Source: Candidatus Latescibacterota bacterium (GTDB taxonomy: Bacteria > Latescibacterota > UBA2968 > GCA-2709665). Taken from it: a stretch of DNA of 64,000 nt. Every line of letters starts with the position of its first letter. Positions within the stretch are counted from its first letter, which is position 1. Location: the NCBI GenBank assembly GCA_965219995.1, contig CBDCOX010000002.1:1152001-1216000 (forward strand). The letters run 5' to 3'. The notes below the pieces were generated by a model. The model did no database searches, was not told where the DNA came from, and saw only the letters and a list, made by a program, of their open reading frames with translations. The position numbers and the translations under genes were made by a program. Of this stretch, positions 29,065 through 39,395 are shown piece by piece.

Positions 29065-31437
29065 ATGACCCTGCCCCCCAAAACCCTCCAGACCCTCGAA
29101 TTCGATAAAGTCCTCGATCTGATTGCGAAACGCACCGTTTCCGCTCCCGGGCAAACCGAAGTCGAAAGCCTGGCGCCGACAGACGATCCCGAGTGCGTCG
29201 AGGCCCGGCTCCGTCCGGTTCTCGAAGCCATGGACCTGATCGGGTATGACGACCCCGTACCAATCGGGCGCATGCCCGACATTCGCGCCGCGGCGAATAA
29301 CGCCGCTGTACCCGGTACGACGCTCGCGATTGCCGACCTGATCCAGATCGATGAAATCGCGCGCATGTCCCGCCGCCTTCTCGGATATTTTCTCAAACGG
29401 AACGCGAAATGTCCGCGGCTCCACGCTCTCGCGTCAGGGTTGTCGACCCACTCCGACCTTGAAGCCCGCATTCACCGCGCCATCGACCCCGCAACGGAAA
29501 CCGTCAAGGATTCCGCAAGTGCGGAATTGAGGCGGCTCCGGCGCAGCCTGGAGACAACCCGGTCGGGCATCCGCAGTTCCATTGAAGGCATCCTGAACCG
29601 GCTTCCCGACGACGTGTTGCAGGAACGACTGATTACCATCAGGAACGGCCGCTTCGTCATCCCGGTTCGGGAAAATCAGAAACACCGGCTGGAAGGCCTC
29701 GTACATGATCAGTCGGCCAGCGGCGCGACGCTCTTCGTCGAACCCATGGCCACCCTGGCGCTCAACAACCGGCTGCGGCAACTCGAGCTGGCCGAACAAC
29801 AGGAGGTGAAACGCGTCCTTCAGGAGCTTACCCGCGGCGTGGGCGAGGTCAGCGGGAGCCTGTTGGAAAACCTGCGTATTCTGGGAAGATTCGACGCCAT
29901 ATTCGCAAAGGCCGGCTTCTCACACGAGCTGAAATGCAGTGAGCCCGTATTCAACCGGGAAGGACGCCTCGAACTCCGCGAGGCACGGCATCCCCTTCTG
30001 GTCGACCGCCTGCGCGATGAGAACCGGTCCGATTCGATCGTCCCGCTCGGTTTGGCAATGGACAACGGCGGCATCCGCACGCTTGTGCTGACCGGGCCCA
30101 ACGCGGGCGGCAAGACCGTGGCACTGAAAACCGTCGGCCTGCTTGCGCTGATGGCGCAGGCGGGCCTGCCCGTGCCGGCGGCGGAAAATTCACAGTTTCC
30201 GATCTTCAGCGGTGTCTTTGCGGACATCGGCGATGCCCAGTCCATCGAGAACGACCTCAGCACGTTTTCGTCTCACGTGTCGAATCTGGTTGAGGTTACG
30301 ACTCGCGCCGAAGCCCGGTCGCTCGTCCTTCTCGACGAAGTCGGCGCCAGCACCGATCCCGACCAGGGCGCCGCCCTGGCGATGGCCCTATTGAGTACGC
30401 TCACCCGGCGGGGCTGCCTTACGGTAGCGACGACCCATCACGGCGCCCTCAAAGCCTTTGCACACCGCACGGACGGGATGGCCAACGGCTCGATGGCGTT
30501 CGACGCGGCCACCCTGACGCCCACCTTCCAGCTTCGGCTGAATATGCCCGGAAGCAGTTACGCCTTTGAAATCGCCCGCCGGCTTCAGATGCCATCCGAC
30601 ATCGTCGACGAAGCCCGGCGCATCGCGGGAAGCGATATCGGCCGTCTGGAAGCCCTCATTGCGGATCTCGACGACACGTACCGGCATTACAACGAAGAAC
30701 TGGAACGAGCGCAGTCCATCCGGGGTGAGATGGAACGCCTGAAAGCGGAATACGACAGCCGCCTCGAGGAAGTGGACCGGCGTGAACGCGCGCTCAAACG
30801 CGGCGCGGAAGAGGAAGCCAGGTTGATTCTGGACGGCGCCAACGCCCTGATCGAACGCACCGTTTCCGAACTCAGGCGGCGAAACGCAGACACGGACTCG
30901 ATCAAGAAAGCCCGGGCGGAAGTGGCGCAGGCCAGACGCGACCTGACCGATCCGGTCGAGGCGCCGGCAGTGCCTCTGCCGGCGCTCGAACCCGGAGGCC
31001 GGGTGCGGGTGCGCAGTCTCGGAAAAGAAGGTACCGTGGCGGCCGGGCGGAATGAGGGGTCCCGGGTAACGGTCGAAGTCGGCAACGTGCGTCTGCAGGT
31101 GCAGCGGGCGGACCTCGAACCCGTGGAAACCGCCGGCGAGCCGCCTTCCGCGGCCGCCCGCTACGGACTCGCCGCGCCCGATAGCGTTTCCGCCGAAGTG
31201 GACCTGAGAGGCATGACCGTGGAAGAGGCCGTGGAAGCCGTCGACAAGTACGTCGACGAACTCTACCTGGCCGGAATGGAACACGCTGCGGTGATTCACG
31301 GGAAGGGCACGGGCGCCCTGCGCAGGGCGATCGGCATCCACCTCGGGAGCCACGAATTCGTCAAGTCACAGCGCCTCGGACTGAACAACGAGGGCGGCGC
31401 CGGCGTCACGGTTATCACGCTCGACCTGGATACCTGA
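29065..31437 (+). CDS. mutS2: MutS2 endonuclease/ribosome-splitting ATPase
   Basis: HDQSASGATLFVEP, TGPNAGGKT, DIGDAQSI..LSTFSSH, C-terminal Smr domain DLRG...IHGKGTGAL. Confidence 0.96.
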   Translation: MTLPPKTLQTLEFDKVLDLIAKRTVSAPGQTEVESLAPTDDPECVEARLRPVLEAMDLIGYDDPVPIGRMPDIRAAANNAAVPGTTLAIADLIQIDEIARMSRRLLGYFLKRNAKCPRLHALASGLSTHSDLEARIHRAIDPATETVKDSASAELRRLRRSLETTRSGIRSSIEGILNRLPDDVLQERLITIRNGRFVIPVRENQKHRLEGLVHDQSASGATLFVEPMATLALNNRLRQLELAEQQEVKRVLQELTRGVGEVSGSLLENLRILGRFDAIFAKAGFSHELKCSEPVFNREGRLELREARHPLLVDRLRDENRSDSIVPLGLAMDNGGIRTLVLTGPNAGGKTVALKTVGLLALMAQAGLPVPAAENSQFPIFSGVFADIGDAQSIENDLSTFSSHVSNLVEVTTRAEARSLVLLDEVGASTDPDQGAALAMALLSTLTRRGCLTVATTHHGALKAFAHRTDGMANGSMAFDAATLTPTFQLRLNMPGSSYAFEIARRLQMPSDIVDEARRIAGSDIGRLEALIADLDDTYRHYNEELERAQSIRGEMERLKAEYDSRLEEVDRRERALKRGAEEEARLILDGANALIERTVSELRRRNADTDSIKKARAEVAQARRDLTDPVEAPAVPLPALEPGGRVRVRSLGKEGTVAAGRNEGSRVTVEVGNVRLQVQRADLEPVETAGEPPSAAARYGLAAPDSVSAEVDLRGMTVEEAVEAVDKYVDELYLAGMEHAAVIHGKGTGALRRAIGIHLGSHEFVKSQRLGLNNEGGAGVTVITLDLDT

Positions 31438-31488
31438 AGGCGAACGAGGACTTCATGTGCCAGTACGGGGCAACCGCGTCCGAGCCGT

Positions 31489-31517
31489 TTGACACCTCAC
31501 CAGGATTCGTCTATATT
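31489..31517 (+). promoter_or_regulatory. sigma70-type promoter for ispG-dnaG
   Basis: TTGACA-17 bp-TATATT. Confidence 0.7.
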
Positions 31518-31574
31518 AATACCGGGCTCGATAGAAGTTCCTTTCCTTTTCCTCCTTTCGCCTGAATCCGTCCC

Positions 31575-33515
<1,941 letters not shown>

Positions 33516-33627
33516 ACGCCTGACGAGCCCGCGCTGACGATCCATTTCCACCAACCACCGTTCGCCCGTCATGCATCGCGTTTCGTATCCGTCACCTCCT
33601 TTTTTCATGCCGAACGGGAAACAGGCC

Positions 33628-35436
33628 ATGGCCCGAATCCCTGAAGATACCGTCGAACAGATCCGCGACTCGGTGGATATCGTCGACGTCATTTCCGAAT
33701 ACGTCGCGCTTACCAGGCGCGGCAAGAGCTATCTGGGCCTGTGCCCGTTTCACGACGACCGGACGCCGTCCCTGAATGTCTCCCAGGAGAAGCAGATCTA
33801 CAAGTGTTTCTCCTGCGGCGCGGGCGGAAACGCGTTCAGGTTCCTGATGGACCTCGAACGCATCAGTTTCGTCGAATCCGTGCGCAAACTCGCCGACCAG
33901 ACCGGCATCGTACTGCCGGAATTCGAGTCCCGGAGTCCGGCGGAAAAGGACCAGAACGACGAACTCTACCGGACGGTCGAATTCGCGAAGAAATACTTCC
34001 GCCATATGCTGATGCGCCATGCGTCCGGCGAAGGCGCGCGCGATTACCTCGTCGGCCGGGGGATTTCCGAATCGATGATGGACGCCTTCGCGCTGGGCTA
34101 TGCCACGAAAGCCTGGGACGGTCTGCTCCGCGTGGCCGGCAGACGTGGATTCAGCGCGCAGACGCTCGAACGGGCGGGCCTGGTTGTGCCCCGCGAGAAC
34201 GGCGGTCATTACGACCGCTTTCGCGACCGGATCATCTTTCCCATCGAGTCGCACACGGGCCGGACCGTGGCTTTCGGCGCCCGCGCCCTCGATCCGGAAC
34301 AACAGCCCAAATACCTGAACTCTCCCGAGACCGCCGTCTACAACAAGAGCGCCACGCTCTACGGCCTCTGGAAGAACCGAGAACCCATCCGTTCAACCCG
34401 GTCGGCGGTAATCGTCGAAGGGTATATGGACCTCGTTGCCCTGGCGCAATTCGATTTCCACAACGCCGTCGCCTCTTCAGGGACCGCGCTTACTCCTGAA
34501 CATGCCCGCATGCTCAAACGGTACGCCGACGTGGCCGTGCTTGTCTTCGATGGCGATGCCGCGGGCACCGCCGCCACCGTGCGCGGCATCGGCGCGATGA
34601 TGGCGTCCGAACTGGAAATCCGCGTGGTCACGCTGGACGGCGGCCACGATCCGGACAGCCTCGTCCGGCAGCGGGGCTCGGACGGCTTTCGCGAACTGAT
34701 CGAGAACGCCGCACCGGTTATGGAATTTCTATTCAGCTGGGTACGGTCACTGGAAGACCTGTCCACGTCGGACGGCAAGACCCGCGCCGTCAAAACCATA
34801 TCGGAAATCGTCTCGCACGCGAAGGACAGCGCACGCAGGCGTTTTCTCACGCAGGAAACCGCCCAGAAGCTGGGCATTGACGAGACCATCGTGATCGAAA
34901 CGGTGCAACGGGCCGCGCGATACCGGCGGAGCGGACGGACGGAGACCGGCGCGGAGTCAGGTGCGGCATCGTTCGAGCCGGGCCCGCGCATGGAACGGGA
35001 ACTGATCACGATGATGATGGCGGACGACAACACGGCCGATACTGTGTTGAAGCAAGTCGACGCCGGTCACTTTACAAACAGTGTATACCGGCGGATCTCG
35101 GGCATGATCGCTGCGGCGCGCAAGGAGGGCCGGACCGCGGCGGCGGCATCGCTGTTGAATCGTTGCGAGGATGCCGGACTGGCCGGTGCCGTAACCGCGC
35201 TGTCCATGGAGACCGGCATCCTCAACCCCGAGGCAAGGGTACCGCTGCAGGACTATCTCAGCAGAATGCAGCTCAATGCGCTGGACGCCCGAATCGATGC
35301 CCTCGAGGCCAAACTTCGCACGGACGGCGGAGGAACCGACCCGATGACGCTGATGGCGGAACACAAAGACCTGACCCGGAAGCGCAAAGCGCTGTTCGCC
35401 GGCCGGCACGGTCCGCCCGAAACGGCGACGCCTTGA
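33628..35436 (+). CDS. dnaG: DNA primase
   Basis: CPFHDDRTPS...CFSC zinc finger, KYLNSPET, VEGYMD, FDGDAAG, DPD TOPRIM motifs. Confidence 0.97.
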   Translation: MARIPEDTVEQIRDSVDIVDVISEYVALTRRGKSYLGLCPFHDDRTPSLNVSQEKQIYKCFSCGAGGNAFRFLMDLERISFVESVRKLADQTGIVLPEFESRSPAEKDQNDELYRTVEFAKKYFRHMLMRHASGEGARDYLVGRGISESMMDAFALGYATKAWDGLLRVAGRRGFSAQTLERAGLVVPRENGGHYDRFRDRIIFPIESHTGRTVAFGARALDPEQQPKYLNSPETAVYNKSATLYGLWKNREPIRSTRSAVIVEGYMDLVALAQFDFHNAVASSGTALTPEHARMLKRYADVAVLVFDGDAAGTAATVRGIGAMMASELEIRVVTLDGGHDPDSLVRQRGSDGFRELIENAAPVMEFLFSWVRSLEDLSTSDGKTRAVKTISEIVSHAKDSARRRFLTQETAQKLGIDETIVIETVQRAARYRRSGRTETGAESGAASFEPGPRMERELITMMMADDNTADTVLKQVDAGHFTNSVYRRISGMIAAARKEGRTAAAASLLNRCEDAGLAGAVTALSMETGILNPEARVPLQDYLSRMQLNALDARIDALEAKLRTDGGGTDPMTLMAEHKDLTRKRKALFAGRHGPPETATP

Positions 35437-35741
35437 TCACAAAAAGCTTGTCCTTCCCGCCATTACGAGTAGATTTAACCTTGATTCGTCATTTTTCGAG
35501 GACGTTAATTCGAATAATCGCAAGTTGATAAAGGCGATTAAACATCTGATTACCAGGAACCTTCAGGTCACTGGACGTGAACGGAAAAAATGTGATTGCG
35601 GACGACCTTTTCGGCTCGGTGAGGAAATAACTGCAGGGTCACCGCGTTACCACACACGGCGCTTTGCACGGATTTTTTTGTGTCTTTTGTGCTTTTTGTG
35701 GCCAATTTTTCGGTTTTTTTTAAATTGAGGCTAACCACTGC

Positions 35742-35818
35742 GGGCCCTTAGCTCAGCTGGTTAGAGCGGCGGACTCATAATCCGTTGGTCGCAGGTTCGA
35801 GTCCTGCAGGGCCCACCA
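35742..35818 (+). tRNA. tRNA with CAT anticodon, most likely tRNA-Ile2 (lysidine)
   Basis: GGGCCCT acceptor stem, TAGCTCAG/GGTTAGAGC D-arm, GCGGA-CTCATAA-TCCGT anticodon arm, GGTTCGAGTCC, encoded ACCA end; resembles ileX-type tRNAs. Confidence 0.93.
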
Positions 35819-35828
35819 GAACACAAAA

Positions 35829-35859
35829 CAGGGAGCCGGTACCTATGTCGGCTCCCTGA
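35829..35859. terminator. stem-loop terminator between the tRNA and the convergent nuclease gene
   Basis: CAGGGAGCCGG...TCGGCTCCCTG inverted repeat. Confidence 0.6.
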
Positions 35860-35905
35860 TTCACTTTTGGCTCGAAATTTCCTGACTCGACGGCGTTTTC
35901 CACGG

Positions 35906-36562
35906 TCAAAAATCATCCACTGCAGCAGCCGATGCGTCTTTGTCCACGCGATCGGGGCATTCACTTACCGGGATTTTGCAGAACCGACATTCCCCGTAAC
36001 TTGGAACTCTTCTGGACGGTTCATTCGATGCCAGTCTGCGTATCAGCCCAGCAAATCGCTCGACGAATTTGCCATCAACAGCCGATGACGGGACCGGGAC
36101 CTCCCGCTCTCCGTAAACAACCCGACCTTCGAAGACAACATCCTTGTATTTCTCGGGAAAGGCTCTGGGAACGGCATACATGTAAAGCATGACCTGCACG
36201 TGATCCGATGACCTCGGTTGACCCGTCTTTATATCGACGATGATGCCGCGATTATGCTTCCTTGCGATTAAGTCGGGCTTTCCTCCGACCGTTGCCGTCC
36301 TTCCCTTGAGGTGGAAGAAATTTTGAGTCTCGGTCGACACCTCGAAGCCTCTATCTTCCAGGTTTTCCTGATATTTATTTCTCGCTGCCGTATGTTCGAT
36401 CTGCCACGCGGTCGAATCGAAATCACCTGGCAAAGCGGTCCAGCTCTTCCCGTCGTGTTGGGCCTGAAACCAGCCGGCCCACTCACATGACGCTTCGCCG
36501 GTCAGCAACTTCGTCAACCACGTCACCCAGATATACGGTAGACCAGGTCTTTTCTCTGCCAT
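35906..36562 (-). CDS. PD-(D/E)XK nuclease, Cas4/AddB-like with probable 4Fe-4S staple
   Basis: GKPDL...IVDIKTG...QVMLY motifs; N-terminal Cys (ASCEW) plus C-terminal CRFC-x5-C. Confidence 0.8.
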   Translation of the reverse strand: MAEKRPGLPYIWVTWLTKLLTGEASCEWAGWFQAQHDGKSWTALPGDFDSTAWQIEHTAARNKYQENLEDRGFEVSTETQNFFHLKGRTATVGGKPDLIARKHNRGIIVDIKTGQPRSSDHVQVMLYMYAVPRAFPEKYKDVVFEGRVVYGEREVPVPSSAVDGKFVERFAGLIRRLASNEPSRRVPSYGECRFCKIPVSECPDRVDKDASAAAVDDF

Positions 36563-36641
36563 CTTCCTCTCACTTTCGAGGCCGGCAATCGAACTGCACA
36601 TTGCGTTCGGCTAATTCAGCGGATTTCCTTTCCGTCCGTGC

Positions 36642-36950
36642 CTACACACCGAGGTCATCCATGAACTCCGAACCCGGCCGGACGCCACTGACCATCAGAA
36701 AGTCTCTGGCCCGGGTACAGGCGACATACAGCAGGTGTCTCTCCGTGTCATATACCTCTTCAAGGTCCGATTCGTCCGCGGCAGTTTCAATTCGTTCCTG
36801 CCGTGGTATGACCTCGTCATCGCACGCCATCACGGCAACGGCACGAAACTCCAGCCCTTTGGCCAGATGCATCGTGGCTATCGACAACCGACCCTCGGCC
36901 TGCTCTCCTCCTTCATCCAGTACCCTGAGATGGGATGCCTTCCAGTAGTC
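36642..36950 (-). pseudogene. 3' remnant of a UvrD/SF1 helicase
   Basis: VLDE...SIATMHLAKGLEF (motif V) and ERHLLYVACTRARD (motif VI). The frame is closed by a stop near 36951 and no N-terminal motifs are present. Confidence 0.82.
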
Positions 36951-37620
36951 TTAGCCAGTGTTGAAAATGCGGGCAAGCGGAACAGATCGTGTTGATGCCG
37001 ATTTCACTCGCCGCGAACGTACCCATCAATGGCTTCTGATACCCAGGTACGAGCGCTTCGATACGCTTGGAAGGTGCTGTGTCTGGCGAGTCGTCGATCT
37101 CTTCCGGACTCGCGAATTGGTGTCTGATTTCCTCAAATGCCACTGCGAGTTCAGGGAACCCTATTCCACGAGCGAATGTGTCACAATCACTGAAAAGCAT
37201 TGATTCGAACTCGTGCATTGCAACGTAGGGGACGAAACGCCTCCGATCGAAATTCGGTCCCATTGCGATGGCGATGTCATCCAATAGAGCATCCTCTACT
37301 ATCATTGCTTTTTCCGACGAAGATCCCCTACCTGTAGCTCGCAGGCGACCCGGCCACGCTTTGGAACCAGTCTTGGGCATTGCGTAGTAGTCCACCATTG
37401 TAGTCGCATAGCTTCCCGGATCTTCTCTCAAGTGCCTTGCAATGTCTCTACGAACGCTGTTCCACGGCCTGATTCCACCACGCCGGTGCCGTTGGCGGGC
37501 GTTTCCAACCAAGCGTGCGCTGATACCGGTAAACCCGAAATCGTACAAATAGGGTGCCAACAGTTCGTTGACGAATTGCTCTTCTGACTGGCCCTCAACA
37601 TGGACAAGCAACCGTTTCAT
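36913..37620 (-). CDS. DUF4276 / RloB-like TOPRIM-fold protein
   Basis: VHVEGQSEE, TMVDYY, HEFESML, PEEIDD...PSKRI, CPHFQHW; ATGA-coupled to the upstream ATPase. Confidence 0.85.
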   Translation of the reverse strand: MKRLLVHVEGQSEEQFVNELLAPYLYDFGFTGISARLVGNARQRHRRGGIRPWNSVRRDIARHLREDPGSYATTMVDYYAMPKTGSKAWPGRLRATGRGSSSEKAMIVEDALLDDIAIAMGPNFDRRRFVPYVAMHEFESMLFSDCDTFARGIGFPELAVAFEEIRHQFASPEEIDDSPDTAPSKRIEALVPGYQKPLMGTFAASEIGINTICSACPHFQHWLRLLEGIPSQGTG

Positions 37621-38714
37621 GAAGGCGATCCGCGACCTGTGTCCTCGGTTGCAGGACGACCGCCGATTTCGTTCTTTTCCCATAGCTGCCCGAGGCTGTA
37701 TTCTTCCAGCCATGCCGCAAGGTTCTTGTTATCCAATCTTTGGAACGTTGTCGCACAGTTTACGCGATCCGCGACGATTACGTCCATTGGATCGAAATGA
37801 TCCAACAGTACCGGCGACTGTGTTGCAACGATGATTTGGGATTCCACGGATGCCTGCTTCAGCATGGAAGCGAGAAGTGTAATGGCGTAAGGATGGAGTC
37901 CAAGCTCCGGTTCATCCAGAAGAACCACGGGCGGGCGCAGCGAGGTCGGCTGAAGAAGAAGCGTGGCTAGGGCCATAAACCGCAGTGTTCCGTCGGACAG
38001 TGAGGACGCGTCGAAGTACGCGTCCGATCCCACGTGGCGCCACTCAAGACGAATCTTGCCTTTGTTCAATGCCATTGGTTCGAGTGCGAAGTCTTCGAAA
38101 AATGGCGCCGCCAGCTGTATGGCACGTTGAATCTGAGTGTATGAATCGTCGTGTTTGTTCTTAAGTAAGAACAGAAACGCCGAGAGGTTCGACCCGTCCG
38201 TTCGAAGACTGCGATTGTCGTTGACATCGGAGGTCGTCTTCAATGGCGACGTTGAGCCTGCATCGTGAAAATGGTAGGTTTGCCAACTCTCAATTTGCCG
38301 GCCAACGTGGTGCGGAAAGGGAAAGTTCGGTGAGTTAGCCCAATTCACATCCTCCGAATTGCCTCTGACTGGGTCTGACGGATGGAACATCAGGTTATTT
38401 ATGTAGAGTCCATCAGAATCGTCACTTCTCAATTCCATTGCAAATCCGGATCGGTCTCGGTCGAAAGAGACTTGCACATCGAGTGTTGGGGTGACTTTTG
38501 CGCCGAAATGCAGAATCCGGTTTGCTCCGCCCGCCTTTCTGACATAGCGCTCCAACCGTCCTTGGATGCAGGCGCGCAGAAACGAGAATACTTCAATAAG
38601 GTTTGACTTTCCTGATCCGTTGGCCCCAATCAACACATTTAGAGGACGCAACTGAAGCATGGCATCGGCAATACTCTTGAAACCTATAACGAAGATTCCG
38701 TCAAGTTTGGTCAT
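37617..38714 (-). CDS. ABC/SMC-like AAA_21 ATPase
   Basis: GFKSI, Walker A GANGSGKSN, signature LSDGT, LLDEPELGLHP, ATQSP. Confidence 0.9.
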   Translation of the reverse strand: MTKLDGIFVIGFKSIADAMLQLRPLNVLIGANGSGKSNLIEVFSFLRACIQGRLERYVRKAGGANRILHFGAKVTPTLDVQVSFDRDRSGFAMELRSDDSDGLYINNLMFHPSDPVRGNSEDVNWANSPNFPFPHHVGRQIESWQTYHFHDAGSTSPLKTTSDVNDNRSLRTDGSNLSAFLFLLKNKHDDSYTQIQRAIQLAAPFFEDFALEPMALNKGKIRLEWRHVGSDAYFDASSLSDGTLRFMALATLLLQPTSLRPPVVLLDEPELGLHPYAITLLASMLKQASVESQIIVATQSPVLLDHFDPMDVIVADRVNCATTFQRLDNKNLAAWLEEYSLGQLWEKNEIGGRPATEDTGRGSPS

Positions 38715-38722
38715 GGCTCGCC

Positions 38723-39075
38723 TTACTCCCGAAACACCTTCATCACCTCGTCCCCGAGGTGGTTGATTACCTTTACCGCAATCCTGCCGGATCTTGGTTT
38801 GGCGAATGGCCGGGATGTGTCGCTATGTAGTGTTTCCCAGGCTTCCTGGTAGATTTCGGCTCTACGGGTAGTTTTAAGCGGTTGATAAGGGTCGTTTGAG
38901 TTTGCGCCGAGGAAGTGACTTTGTGAACGGAGACGCTCACCTCGATGTCATCTGAATCTGCAAACCAACAGCCGATACCATCATCGCTGCCGCTTGTGAT
39001 TTCAGTGGTGGAGTACATCCACACGACTGACTTTGTTCTCGATTTCACAGTCTTTCGTGCTGAGTATGTCCAAGT
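38723..39075 (-). pseudogene. frameshifted 3' remnant of a type III-like Mod adenine DNA methyltransferase
   Basis: Three successive frames read LDILSTKDCEIENKVSRVDVLH / STTEITSGSDDGIGCWFADSD / FLGANSNDPYQPLKTTRRAEIYQEAWETLHSDTSRPFAKPRSGRIAVKVINHLGDEVMKVFRE*, matching the recalled C-terminus of this MTase family. Confidence 0.78.
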
Positions 39076-39395
39076 GCTGCTTCCGCTTGGCAAGCCTTTT
39101 ATATGTTCCGAACAAATCTCGCCCCGAAAGTAGAAATGACAATATAAACCCCGCCTCGTGTCAAGGCAAACCTGCATCTTCTTCAGGTTTTTCGCAGCCA
39201 CAGACGACACGCTAAGCAAACCTGTTTCTACGTCTCCTTGCACGCCTGCCAGTTGCTTACAGGCAACTCCCCGCCTCATCAGGCGTCTTAAGCACAGGCG
39301 AGACGATTGCATTTGGAAACGGAAAACGTCTCGCAAATATAGGCACAAACGGATGAGCCGTGTGCATCTTTCCGTACAACGACGCCGGGGTTTCC

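Noticed and set aside
35631-35643. CTGCAGGGTCACC resembling the tRNA 3' end (possible att site)
   Set aside because: Too short, imperfect, and on the wrong side of the tRNA for the island.
35860-39350. CRISPR-Cas or retron interpretation of the island
   Set aside because: No repeat-spacer array, cas1/cas2 or reverse transcriptase was seen; the non-coding-looking stretch is explained by the MTase remnant.
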